From contig NC_043000.1 of the NCBI RefSeq assembly GCF_006345805.1, positions 158,968,001-159,032,000 of the forward strand: a DNA stretch of 64,000 nucleotides, read 5' to 3'. Under the pieces are notes generated by a model, which had not been told where the DNA came from, ran no database searches, and saw nothing but the letters and a program-made list of their open reading frames with translations. Below, in pieces: positions 1-13,732 of this stretch; positions within the stretch are counted from its first letter, which is position 1; the number at the start of each line of letters is the position of its first letter. A program made the translations under genes and the position numbers. The DNA is from Octopus sinensis. Lineage: Eukaryota.

Positions 1-372
1 CAAGCAAACAGGCGAGAACGGTTATGGTTTCCTATCAGAAAAATTAAGTTGATAACGTAATAATCTTTCAGCAATTGCATTTGGCTCTATTATTAAAATC
101 CGATTACTGCTTATCTGCAGGCGTCATGTGACACTATTCAGTGTACACCCGCTCTTTGCACAAAAGAATAGGATATTTCTTCTCAACAAAAATATTAGAG
201 ATGATATTATAACGGCAAATTTAATTAATGATTTTAATACAAGGGACGTGGTCAAGACAACAACGCTTCGAGAGAGGTAAAATGAATAGTTGTGATATTT
301 TCCTGTTGCAACTATGTGTCGTGTTGGGTCTCTTTATAGGCAATACAACATTTCATCAGAAATTCAAATTTA

Positions 373-450
373 GGATTATTTAGAGCTATGTCTGGTCGAA
401 ACAGATTCAAAGTATTGACAATCTTCATACTACGTGAATATGACATTTGT
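373..450 (+). pseudogene. possible piggyBac-type transposase trace
   Basis: Translates GLFRAMSGRNRFKVLTIFILREYD, resembling the FRATMSRNRF..LRFD motif of piggyBac/PGBD transposases; flanks too decayed to confirm. Confidence 0.3.
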
Positions 451-1629
451 AATACCTGTAGTGAGGTAACTACGTTTTGGACGTTACACTACTTAATACC
501 AGCAGAGCAGAAGGTGGTTGTTGGGAAAAGTTTAAAACCAATAACAGTCCTGTGATGCCTGAATGATGACAATCCCCAAGAATCTAAAATATCTGCACCT
601 CTTCTTGAAAGTCTAGTAAATATGTCATATCAAATTGAATGTCCACATTTAAACAAAAGACTTGTACACCTGCTGTCAAAATTGTGTGTTTCAAACAGGC
701 AAATGTAAAGATTTCTTTGACTATACCTTGTCCTCAAGATATGAATCCTAATTTGCACCAGAAATTATTTAATTTTAATTTATCATGAAAGCAACGTTTG
801 AAGACAGCGGAATTATTGAAGGGACGGTTTTACAAAGAAAAATAAAGGCAACGTTTAATTTGTGACAAAGGAAGGTTCGAAAACAACGTACGATATGATG
901 AAGCAGAAATTTCTACCTTGCCAATAAACAATTGCCCTTCTAGGCACACAAAAATGCAGAAGAACAATTTTAAGCACGCTTTCTATAAACGTAAAAGGAC
1001 ATTCAAACTACACATAGCAATATTCCTCAATTATTAACATCATCATGCATGAAATGCAATAGATCTCTTCCAATGAAAGAAATAACTTGGTCAAAAAACA
1101 AACATCCTTAATTAAATGGTTCCGTTGGGTACCAATTCAATCAGCGATACTGAATTTACATTAGAGTGATGAAAAGAGTAATTTACAGATGCTTTCCATA
1201 ATTTGTGTACAATCATTTAATGTGATATAAAAGAATGCGGCGGCATGGTGTTATTAAAGTAATTAACAATAATTCTAAAGAAGAAGAAATGTCTTTGAGC
1301 AGACAAAATCTACAAGCACTTGTGGCATGCTAACTGAGAAGCCGTGGCTGCCTAAAGACTGATTTTATTCCTAAAATAATACTTAAAATACGAATGGTTT
1401 ATAGCAGTCCCACGACACCGGGAGATTGTAAAACTGATTTCACTGTACAAGGTGCCAAATTTCTCTTGCATTGTCTACAGATATACATATTCTCCAACAT
1501 TTTTCTAATGTTTCAATATGCATGTAGTTCTGGTAAAGTAACGAGAGATATGATAATTAACATCAGACAGTCGTAGAAATGTATAAAGGCGAGATTCACC
1601 TGCCACCAAAATTTTTGTCAAGTAACATA

Positions 1630-2160
1630 ACGCTCGATAAAAGAATATTTAGAACATTGGTGTTCCCATCAAATATTGTTGGTATAAATTTCCTTCAAAA
1701 TACACATAAAAGTCCACTCCGTCTCAAACTGTTCCGTGGGGAAACGTATTTCAGTGGACAACATTGTTAAATTAAGCGATACACCAGCACTTATTACCCC
1801 GACTCTCTCATAGGAACATTTGCCCTCTATTACACAGCAGGTAAACAGTTCAATGCGAATATTTTAGAAGCTAAATCAAAGACCTTCATAAGTGCTGTTT
1901 GTGATTTATCCTCTCCTGAACTTTGTTATTCTGTGGCATACTGGGAACAAAATATTCAAAAGCTAATAAACATCTCCAATGACTCTACTAATTATGGATT
2001 AAAACTCTAAAGAAAGCTACTCTAGGAGAAAAGAATGTGGAAGCAAATATACATGATCAAGAGACCAGCATAGATGTAATAGATTCTTTTATGTATCTTG
2101 GCCGTTCTATCCCCAGGGATGGATATCCAGATTCGAATATCGATTCTATATCGACGATGA
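1630..2160 (+). pseudogene. heavily decayed non-LTR retrotransposon RT fragment (RTE-like)
   Basis: Broken frames give VFPSNIVGI and IDVIDSFMYLGRSIPRDG, resembling the F.YLGS.I thumb motif of RTE-type RTs; many stops. Confidence 0.35.
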
Positions 2161-2903
2161 ATCCAATTACATTCTGCTTAACAGCAGTTCTCTCTATAGA
2201 CATAATTATATTTATTGCAAAATATCTTTGGCTAACGAATATTTTTCATCAAGACTTTCTTTACATGGATATCTCATATTCATGAGATCCAAACAAACTA
2301 CACAATCAAACAAATGATAGTGTACTCATATATAATTATGCACATGCACACACCTGCGCGTGTACAGATATGGAAAAATTGCTGGCAAACACGTGTAATA
2401 TATAGCAATATACAGAAACATACAGATGCAAATTAACACAGATATAGATAATCATACACATTGAGTCATGAAAATAAGTTATATGGGGATTAGCATGTTT
2501 TATGTCGCAATATGATTTAACGCATCTGTAGTTTTAAGAAGAAAAGATACGTGCATATTTACCTGTCGACTAATGCAATGCAATATCATTTTTCATTAAA
2601 TATCAGGAACCTCTTGCGTGTTTCAAAAGAATTTATCGGAACGTTTAAAGGACCAACGAATCTAAAGAACATGACATGATATTAGGGATACCAAATTAAC
2701 TTTTTGAAGCATAATTACTCTGATTATTACAAGTTAATTAGAAGTTAATTAGATTACATTTTCAAGAGTGTGATCATGATCTACTACAACTGAAAACCTC
2801 GCAGTCCAAGGTACGCGTATATAAAAATCAGTGATCAGTGATTAATAAAATTTGCTTTGTAATGGTTGGTTATATTAAACATACGTATGTTCATGAGTAA
2901 ATA

Positions 2904-2947
<44 letters not shown>

Positions 2948-3934
2948 TAATATATGAATTTTAAGAAAGCCATATAATAGTGTTTATTGTTTATTTTATC
3001 TATTATATCTGGGTTATATTATATCCATGTATAATGGCAGGAGAGTAAAAAAAGCTGGGGAAAAAATGGTGAATGGCTGAACGTTAGATATTTCTCTTTT
3101 CATTGCTCCTTCCTTCTATTTATTTTCATCATTTCAAACTTTCTTTCTCTCAACACTAGATGTTCCTCATAAAAACATTTGCGGGTCTCTTCCAGGGTCT
3201 GTCATCAAAAGTTATTTTATTTTTTAAAAAAACCTGTTATAAAGTAATGTATTTTTAGGTTGCTCTTCGTTTTGATTCCCCTGCATTCTCTCCCTCGAAC
3301 ACTGCAAGTCTTACTTTTCTTGAAATCATATTTGTACTATATATTTTAACTCATAACAAAACCTCGGCACCAGTCAGTGAAAATGTCATTTGACATGAAT
3401 GCCTATGTTGCTTTTCTTTTATCTTTAAATTTACAAAACTTTTGTCCTACCTGACACAGAAATAAAAGACAAAAACTTGCTAACATTTCAAAAATAATAA
3501 TTTAGATTTAAAAACATACCTTTTTTCAAATAAAGTGTTTCCATTATTAATGCCGCAGAAACAATATGGTCCACCTACGTCTCCTGCTCCCCCACCCAAC
3601 AAAAAAAATATGATGTGAGCTCTGCAGAAAGAAATGAACAGTGACCGAAGAATGCAAATACTGGTGCCAGGAATACTGCTTGCAGAAAACTTGAGAAGGA
3701 TAGTGAATGCAAAACTGGCCCTAAATAAAATGTTACCACATAGTCTGCCCATAAACAAGTGGAGACACTGATGAGCGACCGGGTCACCTTCAACAGGATT
3801 TTGCTGCATCGGTTGCATGTAGTCATCAAAAAAGGAAACCAGAAGTGCAAGACCAGGTAGAGGTCTCAAATAAAGGGAAGGCTAGTTCCTAACAATTGCG
3901 TCGTATTTATGTATGTGTGTGTGTGAGTGTAATT

Positions 3935-4116
3935 GAGTTTGTGTTTGTGTTTTTGCCCCATCGCTGACAGACATCCGGTGTTGGTGTGTTTACGCCCCCT
4001 TAATTTAATGATTTGACAATAGAGACCGATAGAAAAAATACTAGGCTTTACAAAAGGTACTGGTGTGCCCCACCATGGCCGCAGTCTAATAACGGAAAGG
4101 AGTAAAAGTAAAAGAA
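3935..4116 (+). mobile_element. SINE-like 3' segment (family B, GAGTAAAA-repeat tail)
   Basis: Ends catggccgcagtc...gagtaaaagtaaaaga. Related pieces occur at 20035-20130 (+), 51218-51260 (-) and 58038-58103 (-). Confidence 0.6.
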
Positions 4117-5175
4117 ATCGATATGAAACCGGATATGTTTTCATTAGAACCTCTGGGTCATTTATAGTCGTAGTTTACCCTGAACAACAGCAACTGGGGT
4201 CTTGTTAGTGATTGTATGCATGTGTGTATGTAGTTTTGTATATGTACAAATGTGTAGTTTTGTATTTTGTAATTCGAAGGTAAAGTGTTTACTTTCCAAT
4301 ATATCAAATGCAGCCTTCTCAAGGATATGCGTTCTTAAATTCTTAATATCCCAGAAAGACGCAATGCACACATATCTTTATGCAATACATTATATTTGCT
4401 TTATTACCACCTCTACTAGACTTTTTCGATGTCTTACCTGCATTCATATTCACAGACATATATATGTGTAATGTATGTATTATGTATGTATGTATTATGT
4501 TTGTATGTATGTACGTAGGTATGTATGTATGTATCAATATCTATCAGTGTGTCTGTCTGACAGTCTATATGTATGTATTTATTTATGCATCCATATATGC
4601 ATGTCTGTGTGCAACCATGTGTGTGTACGTATAGATGGTGTGATAGGTTTTTACAGCTAGTTATTTTGCTATAATCATGGTTTTTAAACAAGAAGGGAGT
4701 TAATATTCTTTTTTAGCGATAAGCGATTTTTTCCTATTAAGATAAATCTATGCTTTATAGATTTCTTTGTATTTTAATTAGATTACCATTCTGAATAAAA
4801 TGGAAACTTAAATTGTTATACTTCATGAAATCTTGATTATAACTAGATGCTATTCAGCTGATTATAAGTATATATATATATGTACGTTGACGCGTCGATG
4901 TCTTAACGAAAGTGTGTATTTCGTCTGCCCAGAGATATATAAAAATGACATCATCATGATCGTATGTATGTATGTATGTATGCAATTATATCAAGGTGTG
5001 TGGACTAGCAGTGAAGGTGATTTACTCACGATCTCGTAGTCATGTTTTCGTCCTCTTGTTGTCCATTCCTTTTATGCATTTATTTGAATTGTCTATATAT
5101 AAATGTGTTTGTGTGATTGTGTGTGCGCGTATGCGTGTATACTTATATATAAATATATATACACATATAGTATAT

Positions 5176-5380
5176 ATGACCTCGTGTGTACCGTTGGCGA
5201 TTTTTTTCCTTCGTCTTCCCTTCTCTGGATCTTTCCTTCTCCTATGTTTCCGACGAAGAGCTCCGCTCGAAACGTTAAACCCTCCTTCTTTCTTTCTCTC
5301 CTGAGCGTCCAATAATACTATATTTGTTCCACGTCCTCGCGTTGCTGTGTTATTTTGTGCTTTCTTGTTTGGATTAACTC
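5176..5380 (+). repeat. about 205-bp pLTR-like repeat, copy 1
   Basis: Closely similar to the reverse complement of 28642-28846; both copies end against a TA-rich microsatellite and carry an HHR-like motif. Confidence 0.75.
5246..5280 (+). ncRNA. minimal hammerhead-like motif, C4 core variant
   Basis: GTTT-CCGACGA-A-GAGC(TCC)GCTC-GAA-ACGT-T-AAAC: 4-bp helix I, 4-bp helix II, 4-nt palindromic helix III; U4 is replaced by C. Confidence 0.5.
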
Positions 5381-5413
5381 TATGTGTGTATATATATATA
5401 TACATATATACGT

Positions 5414-5459
<46 letters not shown>

Positions 5460-5488
5460 GTATACATATATGTATATATATATGTATG

Positions 5489-5521
<33 letters not shown>

Positions 5522-5941
5522 ATGCGATGTTCTGGTACCAAGAAGATCGAAAAGGCAGGTAAGGCTCTGTAGGTGCTACGGAAGGATTGCTGTTAAACTC
5601 CCGGTTCAATAATAGTATGAGTGAGCAGTCTAATGCAGGAGGTGTGTAAGCATGTATATGTTAAAAAAATGAAACAACAAAGCCAAGGCAGTGTGAAATT
5701 TCTATGACATTATAGAAAGAAAGGTAGTCTTACAGCTGTTTCAGTGATATCAAAGTTATTCCATCATCAGATCCGATATAGGAGAATTATATACAATGAA
5801 ATTGTAGAGTTTAATATAAGGAGTTACTTTGGAAAGGGAGAGATATAGGATAAATATAATGGGAAATATGAGGATATTTCCATCTCTTTCTTTTCTCATA
5901 TTTCACATACACACACACACATATAAGTATACATATATATA

Positions 5942-6052
<111 letters not shown>

Positions 6053-6682
6053 CAGTTGGACTTACTATTGCTACTGGTGGGGTTTCGAGCTCCACACAGA
6101 TTACCTATTTCAAATGCACTTCTCGTATAGTAGTTTGGTTACAATTATACTTAGTAATTGGTTATAATATACAGAGAGAATTTTGAACCAATTATGATAA
6201 AGACAATTTCGTATTATTTTCCCTAGGTTTTCTCTGTGTTCTTGCTTAGAACACCCGCACTGGATGTTCCAGTTGCAACGGGATTCATAACCGAAACGGA
6301 TCATCAAGGGAACAGCTTATTGCATTATGTTACAGAGATCAAATGGACTAAATTACATCTGATCAGTGTAGCATAAATCAATGGCATGACTCCCTCATGA
6401 CCCTTAATGATTATGCATCTAATTGCGCTTAGAACATCCAGCGCAGATGTTGTAAACAAGCATAACGGGAAAACTTTCGTAGGAAGCAAATGATATAAAA
6501 TGATGTTTGTCATAAGTCCTCCTACATACATTTATTTACAGAATGTTAGGATGGCCGAATAGTTAAGATATTCTATACGTAAGAAAGAAGACTGCATAGC
6601 ATTTTTTAATTATTTTTTGTTTTGAATTATCGTCGCATGAACTAATGTAATTTCTAGTCAGAGATTATTGAATTATATATAA

Positions 6683-7026
6683 TACATACATGCATACATA
6701 CATACATACATACATGCATACATACATACTTACATACATACATACATACACACATACATACATACATACACATACATACATACATACATACATACATACA
6801 TACATACATACATACATACATACATACATACATACATACATACACACATACATACATACATACTACATACATACATACATACATATACATACATACATAC
6901 ACACATATATACATACACACATATATACATGCATACATACATACATACATACATACACACACACATACATACATACATACATACATATATACATACACAC
7001 ATATATACATACATACATACATACAT
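6683..7026. repeat. (CATA)n microsatellite, about 340 bp
   Basis: Direct reading; source of the MYVC/HTYI pseudo-ORFs. Confidence 0.95.
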
Positions 7027-7944
7027 AAGGATAAGAGAAATTATATAAGGAACACCGAATTTTGAAATAAAATGAAGACATATTTTAATGCTATAAAAAC
7101 AATCTTCCTTAGACCCTTCATTTATTTTTGAAATGCGATTTTGTACATGTTGAAATAGGACCAGTAGCTCCATCCTGAGGAATGCTAGAGAGTCGGGACC
7201 ACTTCCATTGTCACCGTCACGAAATTTTACACAAAAAAATAGGTTTCACTTTTTATATCGACGCTGTGGTTTTTCTGTAGTCATCATTAAAACAGTCCTT
7301 CCTCGAAAGCTCAGTCACGGCACGAAGTAAATTTTTGCCTTTAGCTTTCAGCACTGGGTTAATGTATTAATATTTGCAGCTGTTGTTTAGCAAGTGCGGT
7401 CTGAGAAATAATATATGACATTGGAAGGCTGTCTGTACTGGTCACAATCCTCTACTTCCTGTATCTTATCTTATGTAGAGCCTTTCCAAATCACTATTTA
7501 TGGGAAGATTCCCAGTTGGTGTTTGTGTGCTTATATGCGTTTGTTGTGTGTATATAAAAGCGCCAGGTGTGCTTAATCAACGGTAAAGAATGCGTGTTCT
7601 TTAATCGCCTTTTACTTGAAAAATATTGCGACCATAGGCACCTGCAACCTCTTCGTGTTAATAGGAATTAATTCTATATCTACCAGTTTGCTCTGAAATA
7701 TAAGTTATTAATACACTCTATACTTATTCTTTCTCCGTTGATGGGGTTCGATTTTCTTATAAATTCGAATATATTCAAATTCCGTTCTGTAAGTTCATAT
7801 ATATAGACAAACGTATAAATATCCATCTATCTTTTTATCTATCTATCTATTTCTCTCTCTCTCTCTTTCTATCTATTTATCACTCTATATATATATATCT
7901 GTATATCTATCTCTCCCGCTTGATTATATATATAATTCGTCGTG

Positions 7945-8252
7945 GCACTCTGTCGGTTACGAGGACGATGGTTCCAGTTCATTTATCAACGGAACAGCTT
8001 GATCGTGAAATTAACGTGAGATTCAGCGTGACATAGTGTGACAAGGCTGCCCCTTTAAAATACAGGAACAACAGAAACAAGAAGAAAGAATGAGTGAAAG
8101 TTGTAGTGAAAGAATACACCAGGGTTCGCCACCCAACTCACTGCCGAAGCCTGGTGGAGCTTTAGGTATTTTCTCTCAATAAACACTCACAACGCACGGT
8201 CTGGAAATCCAAACCATGATCGTACGCTGCCCTAACCACTGGGCCATTGCGC
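7945..8252 (-). mobile_element. tRNA-derived SINE family C, older internally deleted copy
   Basis: Homologous to 50764-51152 but lacks the central segment (taagtggctgagcac...gttctcggg) and part of the head. Confidence 0.8.
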
Positions 8253-8270
8253 TTCTATATACACACACAC

Positions 8271-8327
<57 letters not shown>

Positions 8328-8363
8328 TATATATATTATATATATATATATATATATATTATT

Positions 8364-8397
<34 letters not shown>

Positions 8398-8413
8398 TAA
8401 TATATATATATAT

Positions 8414-8448
<35 letters not shown>

Positions 8449-8451
<3 letters not shown>

Positions 8452-9430
8452 ATCGAAGGAAGAAACAATTCCTACAAATGGACGTAAAACATCCAATTCT
8501 CACTGGTACATCAGTTGAATAGACTAAATAAAAGGCTATAATTGCAATATACAAATATTAAAGTAATTAGAGAAATACAATTAACATGCTACAAATTTAC
8601 ATTATAAAATAATAAACTATAAAAAGATATAATATAATATAACATAACAAATTATAAAAACAATATAAAGCCAACAATTTGTTTCGACTCATATATAATG
8701 GTGAATTTATTAAAAAGCCACATCTAAATATATAAGTCTCCTCGGGGATTTAGTTAAAAGAAGAAAACAGCCAAAAGTTCCAAATAGACTGATCCAAAAA
8801 TAACTATGTTTAGAAGCGTGAGCGTTAATAATTGAAATACATAAATACAAAACCCAGAACAGCAAAATTCAAATTATGTAAATTATGTAAAGAGAATTTG
8901 TTCATTTCCCCTAAGGGGATATTTAACAAATTTTAGGATTCTTGACAATGTTCCATAAATCGTATTCAAGAGCCTCCAGATGGCGGTTAGGAGGTGGAAA
9001 TTCTTAGTCTTAAAGTTACTTTTTAAAAATGTTGCATCTTTATTATGATGGTTCATTTAAATATCAAAATGCTAATCATGGTAAAAAGCCATTCAACAGA
9101 CTCTATGGATGAATGTAAAGATCTTCTTAATCAGGTCCGTCATGAAATTCTTCCTAGGTGGAATAGGAATGTCTTTTAAAGATAAATCAATTGGTGATTT
9201 TTCCATTGATACCAGCAAAAAAAAAAAACGTATAATATTATTCAAGTGATATATTGATATATTATAAATCAAACGAAGGAAAACACAATTCCTTCAAACG
9301 GATGCAAAAAACATTCAATTCTCACTGGTACATCAGTGAGATGTACCAGTGAATACCACAAATAAATGGGTATAGTTACAATATACAAACATTAGAATTA
9401 ATACAGAAATACAATTGATATACATAAATA
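8449..9430 (-). mobile_element. decayed Penelope-like element: N-terminal ORF fragment between two diverged direct repeats
   Basis: Minus strand 9180-8890 gives LKDIPIPPRKNFMTDLIKK and, after a frameshift, PPNRHLEALEYDLWNIVKNPKF, resembling PLE N-termini. 8449-8590 and 9266-9430 are diverged direct repeats. Confidence 0.55.
8666..8752 (-). ncRNA. type I hammerhead-like motif with long helix II, C4 core variant
   Basis: Core CCGAGGA; 10-bp helix II GACTTATATA/TATATGAGTC; GAAAC; quasi-palindromic helix III ACAAATTGT; GUU site; helix I pairs at 6 of 7 positions. Confidence 0.6.
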
Positions 9431-11879
9431 AAGATCCTTTTATTAATAAATAATAATAATAAGTGGCTAGCAAGCGTAACAACCAACAAGGTAAAGTTAT
9501 ACATTTATAATTAAGGGTACAAGATAGTACCAACGTTGCTAGAGGAAAGAGTCGAAAAATACGCAAATAAGCCACAACATCACTGAAAATTTAACAATCT
9601 GACAAAATCGAGGAGCGAGGAAACAGACAGCCTACCATTGCGAGGGAAAGACGCAAAAGAGTACCATATACTCTGTTGGATGTCAGTTGATCATTATGTA
9701 GTTTCTTTAATATTCATTGGCGTTGATGATATTTCACTCTAAATCTTCAAAATGCAGGCTTATCTTATTCTACAGGTTTGTAATATTATTGAGTGTAAAT
9801 TGAAAGAATTGTAGGCTTAATTAATAATATTTAAATAAGTTAATTCGTATCCATTTAAACTCTCCATTTTCTTGCATAATATTTATTTACACACACAGAG
9901 ATACACAAACGCATACATATATATATGTGTGTGTATATATATATACATACATATATATGTATTACACACACATATATATGTATATGTATAGGTGCATATG
10001 TATATGTGTGTGTGTGTGTATGTGCGTTTGTGTTTCAGTGAGTGGATGAGTCTGTGTGAGTTTGTGTAGGGGTAGGTGTATTTGCTGTTATTTCCATATA
10101 TGTACCCAACATTGCAATCATTCAAAATTTTGACACTTATAAAGTAATGCAACTCGGGGAGATTTTCCATAAATCGGATTACTATGGATCAGACAATACT
10201 ACTAATCCTCTCGCCTTTAAAGAAGCATTGATTCACGACTTAACCTTGATATCTATAAAAAAATAACAATAACAACATCGATATTAACCATATCTGCAGC
10301 AACATATTCCTGTATGAGGCAATGGATCCTCAGTGCAAATCTTAGAAACGCATGCGCAGACGGATATGCAACCCCCCAGATACATATGTACACATTAAAA
10401 ATGCATGCAAGTAAGTATGCAGCCAATTAAAACTGTAATATATTTTATGTAAGGTTATTAGAACACACATACACACACAAGCACACACACTCACACACAC
10501 AAACACACGCTTAAGACCTCTCACTTCCCGTAATACACGGATTTCCTCCCTGTGGAACCATCTAGAGCGAGGTTTTAGCATATATATATTTTTAACATTT
10601 AACCATATAAAATTGATGCAAACAGTATATCTTCATTTTGGCTTGGACACTGGTGTTTCAATCTTGGCTAACTTATCGTATAGAAATTGCGTAGGAATTC
10701 GATCATTTTTCGATCTTAGCCACATAAGTACTCTGTTCTGCCCGGCACTGAATTACTCTGTACTTTTAGACTGAAAGCGTTCAAAGACACCAACATCATT
10801 CGCTTTTGCCATCGAATATCCAGAATACGGGGAAGACATTGTTAGTGAAATGGCTCTGGTACTTTGCAATATTCTCCTTACAAGCATATAGCAACCAAGA
10901 CAAAATACAACTATTGCCTACCTTCAATAATGTGTCAATTGAAAGTTAGTGTCAAGAGCATGAATTTCAGTCCAATTTTATAATGCATCACTAGTATAGA
11001 GGGAGATTTATCAAGAATATACGTCGTAATTACAGTAGTGCCTAAAAGGGACTCGTCATGGATTATAGCAGTGTTTGAGAATGTTTTTAATGAATTCTTG
11101 GGTATCTCTTTTGAATGTATCATTTTTAATATTTGCGTGTGTGTTTATTCTAAGGTCGTGGTGGATATGTCATTTGTTGTGGATGCGTTCAAAAGGGGTC
11201 TGTATTTTGTAACTTTCTTTGAAACCAATAGTTCTACATCATTTGCTTACATACTTAGAGTGCAAGAAGTGATATCTACAGTATCTGCATGCGTCTGGAC
11301 TAGTGGTATCGCGGCGTTTGATATTGAGATGGCTGTGTCTGCTCGGACAGCTTCGGCAGGAATAGAATTATAGCAGAATATCTTTTAGGTCAGGAAACGT
11401 GCTGAGAATGTTATTTGTTATGGACAACGCAGGCGAAACATATTCCTGGTTATGGGAGTAGGAGAGGTGAGAGGAGATTAAGAGGAGAGATAAAAGGTAA
11501 ACCGAGGAAGCTTAACGGGCGTAGATATGCGGCTGGTTACATCAGAGGCGCAAGACTATTAGTGCAGTGATGGAATAATGAGTCAAAGTAGCTCGTATAT
11601 TTGATTGAGAATACAGTGTGGTTGAGAGGGAATTCTTAGAAATAAGTTCAATAACCTTCTTTTGTATGCTGTGTAGGAAATCTGCGATTAGTAGCAACAG
11701 TATCGTCCAGCGTAAGAGAATTTCTCCATCCCTCCGCTCGATACGTACATACATACAAATATACCTCCTTATTGATGTTGAAATTCTAATGAAGGAGCCT
11801 TGGATCTAGGTTAGAAATCGATTCTTTCTCTATTGGCAAAAAATCTTGAAATAAAGCTGAACAATGGCATTATATATAT

Positions 11880-11979
<100 letters not shown>

Positions 11980-11997
11980 ATATATGTATATACATAC

Positions 11998-12028
<31 letters not shown>

Positions 12029-12411
12029 CATACATACATGCATATATACATGCATATATACATACATGCATATATATATACCCAAATTCATGGAATGGAC
12101 TTGGTAAATTCGAGGTTACATATATTTCCTAGCAAGCAGACACTCAGAACAAGTAATTACTCAAGGAGCGGTACTCAGCTCATCAGGGAAAAACATACCT
12201 TTGTCAAATGAAGGTTACATTGTCAAAGTTCCAGTCTGTCTTTTGATATATCCATATTCTGCGACTAGTATACTTCACTGGTAATTTCATTTTGTATAGA
12301 TAGCTTTCTTTTTCAAAATAAACCACCTACATGTAAAAGAGAGCTGAAATTCTCAGGAATGTTTTATGTTGTCACAGCGCGGATTTTATATTCCCTCTCT
12401 CTTTCTTTCTT

Positions 12412-12442
<31 letters not shown>

Positions 12443-12951
12443 TTTCGTATGCATATATGTATATATACATACATACATGGAGAGAGAATATAAAATCCGA
12501 GTTGTGTCAACATAAAGCATTCCTGAGAATCCCGGTTGTCGTTTATATGTGGATGTTTTATCTTGGAAAAGAAAACTATCCATATAAAATGAAACTTCTA
12601 CTGTAGTATATTAGCCGCAAAATATGGATGTATTAGAACACAGACCGGAATTCACGTTATCATAATAACATAAATCCCTGTCATGTTCTACATGTGCGTG
12701 TGTATATGTGTGTGCGTGTGCATATGTGTGTGCACGGGTGAGTGTCTGTGTATATGTGTGGGGGTGTGTATATATATATATGTGTATGCATATGTAATTT
12801 TTTTGCATCGTTTATCAAATGCTCGTAATAACATACTTAGTTCTACTGAATTCATCATGATGACCATTTATTTTTAACTTCTATTAATTATTTATGTGTT
12901 GGTTTCTATTAATTTATAGATCATCAGACTAAATGCATCATTATAGAATTG

Positions 12952-13732
12952 ATGAGGTGGTATCAAAACGTTCCCTGACTAGTTCTGTAACGCGCTAACA
13001 AAAAGGTATCGCAACACACAGTTGCTTGCGCAGTGAGAACTACGAGTAAGGCAGTGTGCTGAGTGACAGCGCTGTGTTTACTTTTGAAGTTGTGAAAAGT
13101 TTATCTGTGTCACTACGTATATGCGGTAGTTTGCGATTTTTATTATAGACTGGAAGTTGGAATATAGGGCTTATGTGGAATTTTCTGTTAAATATGGGAA
13201 ATCTGGTACAGAGACATTGAGTATATACTTGGAAGCTTACAGCGATGAGGCAATCGGTTGTACGCAACGTTTCGTGTGGTACGGGCGCTTCAAAAAGTAC
13301 GACAGAGCCGCAGCTAAATCAAAAGCATGCTGATCGTTTTTTCGACATCCACGATGCTGTGCATTGAAAATTCGTCCCCGGAGGCCAGACAGTCAATCGA
13401 GAGTACTAGGGGAAGTTTTCGTCAAAACAACTTGATATCGCTTCTGCACTCACCCCATTCGCCAGATTTAGCACCTGCAAACTTCCATCTCTTCCCTAAG
13501 ATGGAAGTGCAGCTCAAAGGTCACCGTTTTAATGTTCTCGATATCCAGAGCGAATCGCAGAAGGATCTCGACTCACTTACAGAAAACAACTACCAGGCTG
13601 GATTTCGAAGGTGGCAGGAATGCTGGGACCGGTGTATTACTGGGAAAGTTTCCTATTTGGAAGGAGAGGTTAAAACTTTGGTAAATAAGTTAGTTTTTAT
13701 TAAGCGGTCCAGGAACCATTTCATACCTCGTA
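12952..13732 (+). mobile_element. internally deleted mariner DNA transposon
   Basis: HTH remnant (YVEFSVKYGKSGTETL...EAYSDEA) joined to catalytic C-terminus (HSPHSPDLAPANFHLFPKM...WQECWDRCI); degenerate TIRs; TA at the right end. Confidence 0.85.

Noticed and set aside
3769-3800. CTGATGA followed by a small hairpin
   Set aside because: No GAAA and no helix I or III, so not a hammerhead.
10700-11560. 111-aa plus-strand ORF as a host exon
   Set aside because: No recognisable domain or splice evidence; more likely decayed retroelement sequence, too weak to assign.
12120-12195. Minus-strand CTGATGA ... GAAAT motif
   Set aside because: Helix II and helix I do not pair.
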